Below, piece by piece: positions 39,501 to 53,100 of a stretch of DNA of 64,000 bases (its first letter is position 1; every line of letters begins with the position of its first letter). The stretch is from contig NC_086386.1 of the NCBI RefSeq assembly GCF_036588685.1, positions 21,886,001 through 21,950,000 on the forward strand, read 5' to 3'. Under the pieces are notes generated by a model. The model saw nothing but the letters and a program-made list of their open reading frames with translations, made no database searches and had not been told where the DNA came from. Source of the DNA: Mytilus trossulus (Eukaryota). Position numbers and translations under genes: made by a program.

Positions 39501-41054
39501 ACCTTAGAAGATGTTTTTATTCCGTTTTGGTTCTCCCTTGTCCTTTGTCATATCGTTTCTAATGTTGCAGTGTATTTACAACTCACTGTGTTACAACTGT
39601 CACATTTACGAAACAATTATTAAACAAAGCTTTTTGATATAGTAACTACTTGTGTCGATCTGATTCAAGCCGTGTTTATATGGTTTTGCATGTATCTGTA
39701 TGTGAATGAAATACACACATACTCTCATAAAATAGAATTCTTTAAATTAGAAAAATACTGAACACCAAGGAAAATAAAATATAACGCTTTCCGGACGCAA
39801 TCTTATGTGACGTTGACGGTGAATGCTATTTTAAATGTTAATATCATTTTCATTAATGTCACATCTGTTATATCTGATTAGTGTCAAATAATGTATACTT
39901 GGACTATTTTCGGTCTTTTAAACCTAAACTATAATTTGAAGTTTTCAAACACAATAAGGATTTGGATAAAACAATGAACTTTTTTTTCGTTTTAGCCCGA
40001 TTGTGATTCCTTTCGTATTGATCATCTCCTGTGGTATGTCTTTCTGCCGATACTACGTGTGGAACAAAAAAGCCAAGAAACGAAAAATCATACGTTTACA
40101 ACAATCAAGGACCGTTAGACCAATCAGCGAACAAACACAGTACCGTATTTTGGGTAAGAGTTATTTGTTCTATACTTACAGGTTGGAAAAGTTTTTGTTT
40201 TAACAAAACATTTTGCTGCAATCTTTACTTTAGAGATATACACTGTCGACATGTGCATCTGGTTTCAGAACAATTGATACCTTTAATGTTATCATATAGC
40301 ACCAGAACTACAACCGATTACAATCAATACTACTATTGATCATTTTAGGTACACTGGTAATTTCAAAATACATCTATGTTTAAAATAATTGCATGTAATT
40401 TTATCCCTTTTTTTATCGAATACTTTTATAACAGATTACAGTTGTATGTTTATTATCATTTAAAAAAAGAAGATACTTTTATCGGTTCTTACGTAAATCA
40501 TACATCGAAGTAAAAGCAATTCATGAATGAGGACATTATTAATTGAAAAGTAACATAATAAAGGAAACAAGACCAAACAAAATAAACGTTTCTGAAATTA
40601 AAATCACAAAATAAAAAAACCCATTACAAACGAATATACAGAAGATACAAATACATTCATGCATATACATATAAGAAAGTATAGAGTAGCCAAATTTAGT
40701 TAAATAGTAATTATTCTTACATCAGATTTGTACCATGATAATGGGAATTCAGCTGCTATTATCGCAAATCCTGAGACACAGGGTGGGTGTCTAAATGATG
40801 GGGAAAGGCTTGACACTTCCACCTTAGAAAACAACAATGGAGATTACTTACAAGACGATACAACCTATACTCCCACTGTTAATCCACCAGCATACGAAGA
40901 TATTATAAACCGAAATGTAGCTGCCATTGATTCCGTTGATCCAAGGACACACAGATCAGTTGACGTAGAAGGGCTTGCCAATTCTACCATAAGCAACGAC
41001 TATGTAACTACAGCATCTATACCCAAAGTCAAGCAGCATACAGCTATCTTATAA
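36593..41054 (+). CDS. Gene C: single-pass membrane protein, six-Cys ectodomain, one PPxY; join(36593..36638,38359..38524,39252..39338,39996..40153,40726..41054) = 261 aa using the B-type exon 1
   Basis: 46+166+87+158+329 = 786 nt open; GT-AG introns, phases 1,2,2,1. Ectodomain C-x10-C-x5-CC-x7-C-x17-C; TM GTIVPIVIPFVLIISCGMSFC, then RYYVWNKKAKKRK; NPPAYEDI. Which first exon is used is uncertain. Confidence 0.8.
37010..37172 (+). promoter_or_regulatory. Putative native promoter/5' UTR of gene C with an ETS-type site (ACTTCCTGT, 37134-37142)
   Basis: Conserved with the region upstream of gene A (7592-7765). Confidence 0.5.
37173..37240 (+). other. Native (A-type) signal-peptide exon 1 of gene C, frameshifted by one extra T as assembled
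   Basis: Homologous to gene A exon 1, including the donor TCATCTG|GTAAGTGAGAC. T11 (37200-37210) gives TAA at 37218; T10 would give METNMFSAIFFFYFCNLISLSS plus a phase-1 donor. Confidence 0.75.
37652..38002 (-). mobile_element. tRNA-derived SINE with a Meta-domain-like core, in intron 1 of gene C
   Basis: Head GAGCCGTGGTTTAGAGGTTAG (A box) ... GGTTCGATTCCC (B box); internal CTTGCACGTTAAAGA; 14-bp TSD ATCTTATC(G/A)CAATT (37638-37651, 38003-38016). Confidence 0.82.
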
Positions 41055-41114
41055 AGGAATAATGTGTATGCACTTGTATTGCTTTACGATTTGGCATACT
41101 TTTGTGCGTATTTT

Positions 41115-42378
41115 GTTTTGTGTCTGAGTCATTAACTTTAATACAATCAATTTTCAAATTATAAATTGATTTTTTTCTAATTTTCTTTAGTACTCTAGTT
41201 ATATTAATCAAAATATATAAACTACTAAATATAATATTGTCATAACGGTAATTCTCTACAGCTAAGTTAATACATGTTATCTGATATTAACACACAAGTA
41301 TTCATAAACAAGTACAGCGTTTGTGGTTAATGAATGGACTAATCTACATTTATAATATTTCAGAAATAGACATATTGTCATCCTTTTTTTTTAGCAAAAT
41401 AGCATGAAACATATTGTGAAAATATAAATAGCAACCATTGAACAACGCCATGGCCAATATCTGATATAACGATAAAATCAAAACATGTGTCTTAATAATG
41501 CAACCTTCATTTTTATTTTTCGTTAAAATGCTTTTGTTGCATTTAAGCGAGTAATATTTGCCACTCGACGTTAAAAATAACAATCCTTTGATCTAAAACG
41601 GCCAATCAAAGAAATGATGATTTGATTAATTAGAATATAAACAACCTTTTACTGGATTACAAACATACATGTGCAGACCTGAAAGCTGATTATCCAAATA
41701 ACTCTACCTCTATCTAACTTTTGATTTTTGTTTACAGTTTCACAAGTTTTGTGTCTGAGTCATTAACTTTAATACAATCAATTTTCAAATTATAAATTGA
41801 TTTTTTCTAATTTTCTTTAGTACTCTAGTTATATTAATCAAAATATATAAACTACTAAATATAATATTGTCATAACGGTAATTCTCTACAGCTAAGTTAA
41901 TACATGTTATCTGATATTAACACACAAGTATTCATAAACAAGTACAGCGTTTGTGGTTAATGAATGGACTAATCTACATTTATAATATTTCAGAAATAGA
42001 CATATTGTCATCCTTTTTTTTTAGCAAAATAGCATGAAACATATTGTGAAAATATAAATAGCAACCATTGAACAACGCCATGGCCAAGATCTGATATAAC
42101 GATAAAATCAAAACATGTGTCTTAATAATGCAACCTTCATTTTTATTTTTCGTTAAAATGCTTTTGTTGCATTTAAGCGAGTAATATTTGCCACTCGACG
42201 TTAAAAATAACAATCCTTTGATCTAAAACGGCCAATCAAAGAAATGATGATTTGATTAATTAGAATATAAACAACCTTTTACTGGATTACAAACATACAT
42301 GTGCAGACCTGAAAGCTGATTATCCAAATAACTCTACCTCTATCTAACTTTTGATTTTTGTTTACAGTTTCACAAGTT
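41115..42378. repeat. Near-perfect tandem duplication of ~630 bp just downstream of the gene C stop codon
   Basis: I found only one substitution (GCCAATAT/GCCAAGAT) and one T-run length difference between the copies; GTT microhomology at the junction. Confidence 0.95.
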
Positions 42379-45300
42379 AAAATTACGTTTGATTATCTGA
42401 AATATAAATCAAATTATTCAACTTATTTTACTTAGTTCTATCATGAGTACTTTCAATTCAAATATTTCCAGTACATATTTTATTTTATGAAAAATGACAA
42501 TACAGGACAGGTATGGTTACTAGAAATGCATTTCTGTTGCTTATGATTCACAAGAAGTCATCAAGCGTTGACGGTCTTTTGTCACTATTAGAAAATGTGC
42601 ATATCTTCTGTTATCAATTTGTAAAGATCATAATTGTCTTACTGTCATGTTAGCGGTCCTTGGTAGTATTTCATGTTAAATGTTGTATATCAAACTGGTA
42701 CTTTATCCTTATGTACATATTCAACAAAAATAAAAATAAAACATTCTTGTTTATAGTTAACGTATTAACATTTTAGCATATATCATCGTTATAACATATG
42801 CCCAGCCTAACTTTAACATTCTCTCTATAGATCAGGAAGTTCTATGTTATTCAAGTGGCCAAGTGGTCCGCAGAAGTCTGTTACAACATACTTTAGTATC
42901 AAAATGGCACTTTGAGACCATCATACTAAATTAAAAAAACGGTTTGCTCAAATTCCTTTTATAAGTATCCGTACTTACAATCCAACTTACTTTGTTCTAA
43001 ATTCCATGAGAATTTGAAGATCATTCAGATCTATCTTACCCATCACTACCATTTCCGTTAATACTTTAAATTGATTGCAATCAAATATTATTGACTTTGA
43101 AAGATAATGATTGTGTTTGTCATTCTTAAGGTCACCGGTAGTCTGTTGCAACATATTTTGAAAATATACTTCATGCTATTCCTGTTTTTTTTTTTAATAT
43201 TTTGCATCAATATCTGAGTTTTAGTTCTGTTGTCTTTGTTTCGCTCAGCTTTGAACCTTATTGTTTTGTTTTCATTGGTTTAAAAAAAAAATTAAATAAC
43301 AAGAAAGAAGTCTCAAACCATAGTCGAAGAAAAACAGATGACAGCATGATCAAGGCGAAAAGTTAGGACACAAACAAAACGTCTTAAAATACTATACCGA
43401 AGTGTACGAATACTACATAAACAAGTAATGTGATTGCAGTTGACCAGGAATGGTATTCAATCTTAATTAATCTGAATCATTAATTTTCTGAAAATATTTA
43501 ATAAAACAACTTATAAAGTATATAATAATGCTCTAACATAACAAGGAATAAGACGGATTAGAATTTCAAACGTGACGTCACTTTGTGCGTTGAGGCTTCG
43601 GCTAACTCGTAGTATTTTTTGTGCTGGATTATGTTTTTGTATGTTATGTATCCGTTTTTATTCTTTAGTTAGTCACCACTTCAATTTTATCGTATTCAGT
43701 CATTTTATAAAATTTACTGTTTGCAAAAGTATGAATTATTCTAAATAATGAGGATGTTCTTATCCCAGGCAAAAGACCCTAGCCGTATTGGGCACAACTT
43801 TTTTGAACTGTTGGTCCTCAGTGCTGTTCAACTTTGTACTTGTTTTAGCTTTCGAACTTTTTTCATCCGAGCGTCACTAGTATGTGTTGTGTGGACTTAA
43901 CACACGTCTGACGTATTAAATTTTAAACCTGGTACCCTTTGTTAGCTATTATTCGTATATTTCTCAGGCCTATGTGTTTTCCCATTTATTTGAATTGTAG
44001 TCCCGTCATGTAATTTTGTTATTTTGATGTTATATTTAACATTGTCATAAATGCAGGAGGTTCGGCATGCCACAAAACCAGATTCAACCCACCATTTTAA
44101 GATTTTTTTTCTTTAAATGACCTTTACCAAGTCAGGAAAATGGCCATTGCTATATTATAGTTCGGTTTATTTTGTGTGTTACATTTTACAAATATTTATT
44201 ATTGTTTTCCTGTTGTGTCGTTGTTCTCTTCTTATATTTGATGCGTTTCTTTCAGTTTTAGTTTGTTACCCGGATTTGTTTTTTTCTCAAACGATTTATA
44301 CGTTTCAAACAGAGATATACTACTGTTGCCTTTATTTGATATCAAAAGCGCATGATACAAACAGTTATCATTTGAACATCGAACGAGAATAAACTTCGTT
44401 TCTTGTCTCTCCACATCGGAAAACTATTTTTTTTACAAATTATAGCTTTTCTATTCATTACACTTTCTTGTAAATATGGCTGAACATAAATATTATCCAA
44501 CCAATAAAAGCAAAATGATCCCCATTTACAGACGATGTTTTCATTATAAGGCTGCATTTTAACCTATATCGCATGAGAAGCAGTTTAAAATGGTAAAAAA
44601 GACCCTCGGCCTATAAACGATAAATCTATTTAATTTTTTACATCCAAATATTCAAACTTCAGAATATATTTAGAATGTATTTAAATTGTATGATTTTTTG
44701 GAAGTATGATATATATTATAACCGTATGTTAGGTGGGCTAGGCGTCTTTTTGAAAAATGTCAGTGTGTCATTATCTGCTAGAGTCAGAGAAACATTTCTA
44801 TTGCTTTCGTGTCTTTTTTTATATATACTATTTTTTTTACTATCAAGCTTTTCAATTGACTGAAAAGTTTTGAATATCTTGTGCTAACTTCGCACACATC
44901 GTTTAGATTAAAATACAGGTGTTTAGAATGTTAATATAATTTATCCAATACATATTATTTTCGCACACAAAATCTTGCAAAAACACAAATTGATTTCAAA
45001 AACACATTATTTTAAAATGACATGCGAACCACTTAATTAAAAGAAGTTGTTATCTAAACATGGGTTTGGTTTAACATTTTAACTTTGAAATCGATTATGA
45101 ATGATTTTATTAACAGTTTTTGAATTATCGGTGTGTTGCACTTAAACACTACAGAGAAAAATTTTGGGTCGTTTTAGGGAAATAAGAAATTGTTGTATAA
45201 TGTTTAAAAAAAGTAAAATCACAAAAATACTGAACTCCGAGTAAAATTCAATTGCAAAGTCACTAATCACATGACAAAACTCATCAAACGAATGGACAAC

Positions 45301-47747
45301 AACTGTCATATTCCTGACTTGGTACAGGCATTTTCAAATGTAGAAAATGGTAGATTGAACCAGGTTTTGTAGCTCTAAACCCTCTCTTTTACGACAGTTA
45401 CACCAACTTCCGATGAGATTTTTATTTTAATGTGCAGACATTATAGATGAAAGACGATGTTTACTGTTTGATTGGTTTTTTTATCGTTTAAGATTAGTAA
45501 ACTAAACAAACAAAATATCACTGTGAGGGGATACGATTTCTGCTGGATTTTGAATATTTTCCATTGTTTTATTCTTTACTTCAGCATGACCATCATTTAA
45601 AGAGTTCTATTATAAATTAAAATTTTATTTTTTTGAATTGATAAAATTTTAAATTTTAAAAGTCATAACCGAATTACGAAGCGACCACTAATTTCGCAAA
45701 AATCGATTTTTTTTTCAATAAGGAGGAACACCAAAGGTACATATAGTTTATCTAAAAACAATGGATGTATCCATCCACACAATAAGGTCAAGAACAAAAG
45801 GAGAATACTTTTTACAAAGATTTAAAAAAAAGGTACGCGACCTACCATAAAATCTAAACAATGATTTTAACATGGTTAGTTTTTTTTCATTTTAACTAGG
45901 AATGAATAGTGTCATGAATGATTCAATTATCAAGATGAACGAAATACCGGCTTATTGCACAAGTACTATATAAATTAAATTTTAGGTCAATGTCTGCATA
46001 AGTACTATTTTTTGTATGAGGTACACAATCGGGAAGGGTCGATGTTTACTGGCATTTTGGCAGTTCCGTTCTAAATTCAAAAACGTTAACATTTCAGACA
46101 TAGATTAAGTACATTTTACACCATCTTTGGCCGGCTACAACAACAAAACTTTTTAACACAACAGACATTGATTTCCAGTCCCTTAAAGCGCCTCCTATTT
46201 GGAGTGGAGTTTTTACACTTTTATTCAATTTTATGAAGGCCATAGTGATAACAGGAACTGTACATGTTCTTGCTGCAGTATACAACAAAATGGAATGCCT
46301 ATAAATAAAATTCCTGTTATATTAATTAAATCCGTTTAAAAGGCAACGAATATCAATGTAGTCTCATTATTTGTTTTATGTTAACATTTGTAATTTGATT
46401 TCACAATCTTGAAAGGGAGTCGAACATTTAATTGTCGATGCAACATCTATATATTTATGTTATTCTATGTTTAAGGCTGTCATATGCATTATGAATAGTT
46501 GTTTTGGACCTTTTATTGCAATGGTAAATACTAGTACGCAATTTTTGAAATCTTTTATAGATAAACTTAACCTTAAACGGCAAGCATAGTCAACAGCGCA
46601 AAATCAACAAATAAATAAATATCTCAAAAATCGTCGATACAGTCATTAGATGGGTTTCTGTACATAAAAGCTAACTCTTAAAGCTTTTATCTATTATCAT
46701 ATAAAACATTATTTGTAGATAGAGACTTTTAATGGTTAACAGGACAAGATCTCTATTTCATTTGAACAATTGGTGTTTAAGCCACTTCCAACACTAGTGT
46801 GCTATTTGGAGGCTGTCAGTAATTTTGACGGAAGAAGCCGGTGTTTACAAGACTTCTTCATTTTTGAGCAAGAGAACATTGTTTTGAAATAAACAGTGAA
46901 AAATGATTCTTAGTTCATACTTTGATGATAAGGTTGCATTTATTAACCCTAATATCCAAAACAATGTGCTTTTGGACAGGAGTTTGATTGATGTTGCATA
47001 AATCATTAGAAGCCAAAGTTATAGTTAAAAGTCAATAGTAGTATACAGATGTTAAAAAGTCTTTTATTGATTAAGAGAAAACAAGTCCGGGTTACACATT
47101 AAAACCAAGAAACAAATCATCTACAATTGGAAAATAACAAAACAATAAAAACACTCAACTGTAAACACAAACAAACACCAACATACATAGAAACGGGCTA
47201 TTTGATAACAACTGACTTCGTACAGGACATTGATAAACAATGGTCGGTTTAACCTGGTTTATGGCTAGTCAAAACTTCTACTTATACATGTTAAATATCA
47301 ATGTTAAAAACATAGACGGTGACAGAAATAATATAAACACGACACAAGAACACTCAGAACAAAGAATTTTATAAATAAATACTATAATAGTAAATGACAA
47401 CATGAAAACTGCAGAATAACAACGGACATCTTCAAAAAATAATGACAGCACAGAACACCACACACTGCATGTCTGATAATCTGTAACATGCAATTATATT
47501 GAACCGGATTTTAAAAATTAACAATTATTCCCACAATACAAGTCAAACTAAATATCATATTCATGATAGACCTTATCAAAATACTGAAATAGTTAAAGGC
47601 GTGTTTTATTCGAAAAGAGATAAATCTATATGCAACCAACGGTATCCCTCAGAAACAACGATATAGGTAGTTTAATAACGGACATTTTCCTTTTTTAATT
47701 TCAAAACACATTATTTGTAAATTTATATATAATTATCTTTGTTTCAG

Positions 47748-49690
47748 AAACCGACCAAGTCGATTGGATATTGGATATACAGACACAGATTTGAAATTCT
47801 GAAGAAAATAGCAAGCAATTAGAATAAGTAATAATTGACTCTTAATTAGGTTTTTATTTTTAAACATCAAATTATTTTGTAAAAATTACTTTGTTTCCGA
47901 CTATTCTTTTCAACTGGATTTGAAGAAAAGATGGCATTAAATACTCTTTAGACAAAGCATATGAGTAAAGTTGAAAGTAAAAAATACCATATACCACAAC
48001 AAGATAATGATTAAATGTATAAATCAGAGTCACACTAAAAATTAAATAAACCAGAAAGATTAATACAATATTTAGTAACTATGTTATGAAGGTCTCAGGA
48101 AAAATATTTAATATTAAATTTTTTTAAACATTTTTGTTCTTTTTTAGACTAATTGCATGGTCTGTTGTTAGTATCATCTCACTATTTCTGTATTGTTGTC
48201 GATATTTTCACCATTTACGGACCCATGATACTAAAACACTAGAAAATATCATGTACCAAGTAATCAAGGCCCTTACAACTTACCAACGAACAGCATCGTT
48301 CTATTGGTAAGATTTTCGGATTTGCCATACTTTAAGGAGTTATTTTTAAGTATAAACACCACGTAGAATTATACAAGCAAATGACCTCGAGCTTATTGAA
48401 ATGATATATTATGTCAAAATGCACATAAAGGCACAGTAATGTTGATTACGTTAATGTCATTATATCAGGACAAGACTATCACCAATTAGAACCAGTAACA
48501 TACTGGATCTTTTGATATATAATAGTAGGTCGATAAGGCCCTACAATGACTCCTTATCTAGCTTCAATTCAAATTGTTCTTATTACCAATATTACATCGA
48601 TTCATAGCTAAAACAGTGACTAGATACCAAATGAGTTTTTTTTTATGTTACTGTATTTTATTCATGACGTCACAAATAGTACTCGTTTTGATTTTCAATG
48701 ACAAATCAACGAAAATCACTAAATTATCATTGTAATTGGACAGGAAACATATAGCGCATACATCAACAAAAAAGAACTTTGAAAATGATGTTTTTAATAT
48801 ACTTAAATATTTATTTTGTCGATGTCTACGCTTTATGTTTCATGGTCCTAAATTTCGGCTGAAATATGGCTTATTTTGTCAAATTTGATTAGTATTCCTT
48901 AGTTTGACCTAATTGCAATTTGTAATGTAAAAATATTTCTTTTACAGAATTAATTCTATATAACATTATCACATGGCATTTATCGAATTTACTCTTTCAT
49001 GTGTTACTTCAAGTTTTTCTATTTTTCCAAATACTTTTATAACAGATACAATTTGTATATTTAGTTTTATTTTAAATACCAGATCCTTTTGTACGTTTTT
49101 TTTCCGTGTATTCGGTAACAAACCGAAAGATGAACAATACATCGGAAAATTTAAAGGCAAAAATAAATAATAGGAGACACAAGTCCATTAGTATTCAATT
49201 AAAACCAAGTACAATTTCAAAGAGACTTAGTGGAAGAACAGAATACTTCACAAAATAAGTCCCGCTAACATGTTTAACCCCGCCACATTATTTATGTATA
49301 TGCCTGTCCCAAGTCAGGAGCTCGTAATTCAGTGGTTGTCGTTTGTTTATGTGTTACATATTTGTTTTTCGTTCATTTTTTAAAATTTAAATAAGGCAGT
49401 TAGTTTTCTCGTTTGAATTGTTTTACATGCTCATATCGGGGCCTTTTTATAGCTGACTTTTTTGAAGGCTGTACGGTGACCTATACTTGTTAATGTCTGT
49501 GTCATTTTGGTCTATGGTGGACAGTTGTCTCATTGGCAATCATACCACATCTTCTTTTTCATATATGGCATATTAGTATAATATAGTACCCATTAGTCAA
49601 AATAATAACAATTAACATTTAAACATCAGGTTCGCACCATGGAAATGAGAATCCAGCTGCTCTTATTGCATATTCAATAAACAGGATGTA
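47748..49690 (+). pseudogene. Gene D: pseudogene paralogue (relics of exon 3 ~47748-47828, exon 4 48148-48306, exon 5 start 49630)
   Basis: TTTCAG|AAACCGACC matches the exon 3 acceptor of A. Exon 4 encodes LIAWSVVSIISLFLYCCRYF...SRPLQLTNEQHRSIG|GTAAG with a frameshift/stop. Exon 5 begins ACATCAG|G-SHHGNENPAALIAY and then runs into 3'UTR-like sequence. No exon 1 or 2 was found. Confidence 0.8.
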
Positions 49691-49765
49691 TTCCGTTTGT
49701 TTTTACATACTTTGGCTGTTTATTAAAGTCATAAATTTGAATAAAATTAACTTTCATATCATTGT

Positions 49766-50174
49766 TTTCATGCCCCACCTACGATAGTAGAGGGGTATTA
49801 TGTTTTCTGATCTGTGCGTCCCTCTGTCCGTTCGTTCGTTCGTTCGTCCGTCCGTCTGTCTGTCTGTCCCGCTCCAGGTTTAAGTTTTTGGTCACGGTAG
49901 TTTTGGATGAAACCAACTTAGACTTTTGATCCCAATTTCAAGGTCCACTGAACATAGAAAATGAGAGTGGGAGTTTAGGTTAAATGTTATGTGCAATGTA
50001 GTTTTTGATGAAGTTTAAGTCCAATCAGCTTGAAACTTAGTACACATGTTCCCTATGGTATGATCTTTCTAATTTAAATGCCAAATAAGATTTTTTACCA
50101 AACTTTACTAAACATAGAACATGGAAAAACATAGTGCGAGTAGGACATCCGTGTACTTTGGACACATTCTTGTT
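49766..50174 (-). mobile_element. HINE-like non-autonomous element with a (GTTC/GTCC/GTCT)n microsatellite
   Basis: Terminal hairpin at one end and TTCTTGTT at the other; a related copy lies in the opposite orientation at 60484-60752. Confidence 0.65.
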
Positions 50175-53100
50175 TTTTTTCTAATTTTCTTTACTTTTAT
50201 AATTATAATCAAAATATAAATACTGCGTATGCTGTTACAACTTATAATATTGTCCTAACAATAATTACACTCACTAATGTTTATAGATTACAAGTAAGTA
50301 TGTCTTAAAAACGGAACTCTGTTCTTAAATAGATGGGGGATATAAAAAACGAAGATCTGGTATGATTGCCAATAAGACAACCCATAACAAGAGACCAAAT
50401 AACACAGAAATTTCCAATTATAGGTCAATGTAGTGCCTTTAACAACGAAGAAAACCAATACCACATAGTCAGCTATAAAAGGCCCCCAAATGACAAATGT
50501 AAAACAATTCAAACAAGAAAACTAACGACCTAGTTAATGTACATAAAAATGAACAACAACAAATATGTAACACAACAACAAATGATAACCACTGAATTGA
50601 ATGTGACAGGCACGTGCATACATAATGTGGATGGATTGAACATGTGTGCAGGATCCCAAACCTCCTTTTTCCTTGGACAGTGAATTTAGTTTTTGTGAAG
50701 CCAGCTTAATGTTATCATATCTAAAGCGCATAGTATCTATACTGATGATAATAGTTTACTAATTGTAAACGATAAAAAAAAAAAAAAAACAATCAAACAG
50801 GAAGTAAACATCGTCTTTCATCTATAATGTCTGCACATTAAAATAAAAATCTCATCGGAATTTGGTGAAACTGTCGTAAAAGTGACGGTTTAGAGCTACA
50901 AAACCTGGTTCAATCTACCATTTTCTACATTTGAAAATGCTTGTACCAAGTCAGGAATATGACAGTTGTTGTGTTTTGTCATGTGATTTTGTCATGTGAT
51001 TAGGGACTTTATAAAAATGAGTAAAAGTGTAAAAACTTCACTCCAAATAGGAGGCGCGTTTAGGGAATGGAAATCAATGTCTGTTGTGTTGAAATGATTT
51101 TAGGTTTTGTTGTTGCAGCCGGTCAAAGATGGTGTAAAAAAGTACTTAATCAATGTCTGAAATGTTAACGTTTTTGAATTTAGAACGGAACTGCCAAAAA
51201 TGCCAGTAAACATCGACCCTTCCCGATTGTGTAACTCAAACAGAAAATAGGACTTATCAATACAATGTCTACTAGGCAAACAATGAACAATCTTTTTGTT
51301 TCGTATTAGACTACTTAAGTGTAAAAAAACAGAAATGGACAAATCAGTGGAAATGTATACATGTTTTCCAATGGTATCATAATGCTTCTACAGAGCATTT
51401 GGATGTTGAGCAAGCCATAACTGTTGTCCTAATAATCCAAAACGAATGCTGACAGATGATTTTCTTCAATTATGAAAAAATCTGTCTGTCAAAGTTGTTT
51501 TGATATTTCTAATTAATATTTCACAATTGTATACTGTCTAAAATTAGAACCTTTATAAATTACATGCCATGTACAGTTCCAAATTTAAAGAAACAAAAGT
51601 TTGACATATTGAACAACTCTTGAACTGTTGCTCTTGACAATTGCTATATATTTGTTTCAGAAAATATTTAGCAATCAGAAATACTAACATGCAACTTGTC
51701 AAATATAGTTCTATAGGTGTATTTAAAGAAAACACACGTTTGACATATGGAAAACACCTGTACTAACTTGCAGACTTGAGTGTTCTTAATTGTTTCAGAA
51801 ATGGTTTCACCATCATAAATGCTCATTTTATTTTTGTCTTGGTTCAACTTAATAAAATATATGAATTCTATACATTCTGATAATCTTCCATATATACCAA
51901 CCAAAACATTTTTGGTAGTATTTTTTGTGACTTCAGCCCAGTCAGTTGGTCAACTAAAAGTCAATCAGAACAATTTTGCATTTGTCCACAGATTTGACAA
52001 AACAAAAAATCAATGTCATTTATATAATAACATCTTTCAAAATGGTATTGAATCAAAATTCAAAGTAACTGTTAATAAACACATAACGATTTTGTCTAGG
52101 ATATTCTTGCACAGGATGATAACTCTATGCTATATATTTAAAATTATTTCTGCAAAGTTCTGCAGAAAAAATACTAAGAAATGCTGTTTGATAATTGACT
52201 TGTCATTATGGATATTGAATAGTGAAAACCATCAATTTAGGAATTAAATTACACGCATTTGGAAACTTACCTGCATGTAAAGAAGTCACAACTTGACTTC
52301 GACAAGACTAGATTTTTTTTGTACTCTTTGCTAATAATAAGCAAAAAAAAAAAAACCGTGACATTTTAAATTTAGATATTAACAAATGTCTCGCACTTAA
52401 CATAATCATGGCATTATCATATTCCATTGTACTTCCATGTATTAAGAGACTATTGAATGTTATTCGCTACTGTTAATTAGTCTTTTAAATAAATGGCTTT
52501 TCTTGTATTTTGTTTTTAGATTAACTGCTTATACACTGGTGCTAAAATTTGAGAACCAATTGAAAAATATATATGTATTCATTGGTACAATATGTAACCC
52601 AAACGACCTCTTCATTTTTCCGTATCTTGTAAAGACTCGATAAAAAGAAGCTATATATAAAGAGCTGTATTAGATAGTTCATTTTTCAGCTGTCTGATCC
52701 GATATAAAATCAAGGGGAAAAAATGTGTAGCAAATTGATTAGCTGTTTTTTTACTACCAATCTCACATTAAGATTGAAAACAGACCAAATGAATAAATCC
52801 CTTAAAGCAGAATTCGAATCTTGCTCAACTTGTTGGCTTTGCTTGTGAGAACTTATCATGTAAAGGCATAATTTTCTATCTTTAAAAGAGCTTCCAAAAA
52901 TCTTTCCCTTTCATGATTGGAAGATACATGTATTATTTGACAGCGATTCTCATATAGTGAGGGTAAAATAGACCTTATAGTCTTATGTTATCACTTTGTT
53001 TTGTGTACTAAACACAAAATAGCACAAGTATACATTCTGTTATATGCATTGACAATGTACAATCTGAATTATGTAATCAAAATGTCAGCAATTTCCCTGA

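Noticed and set aside
41350-42213. Two identical 77-aa minus-strand ORFs
   Set aside because: A by-product of the 630-bp tandem duplication; non-ATG start, AT-rich, no recognisable domain.
42400-47700. Search for exons 1-2 of gene D
   Set aside because: No convincing signal-peptide exon or six-Cys exon was found by eye; an ETS-like CAGGAAGT at ~42833 is not enough on its own.
51819-52247. 142-aa plus-strand ORF
   Set aside because: Low-complexity AT-rich translation with no recognisable motif or splice support.
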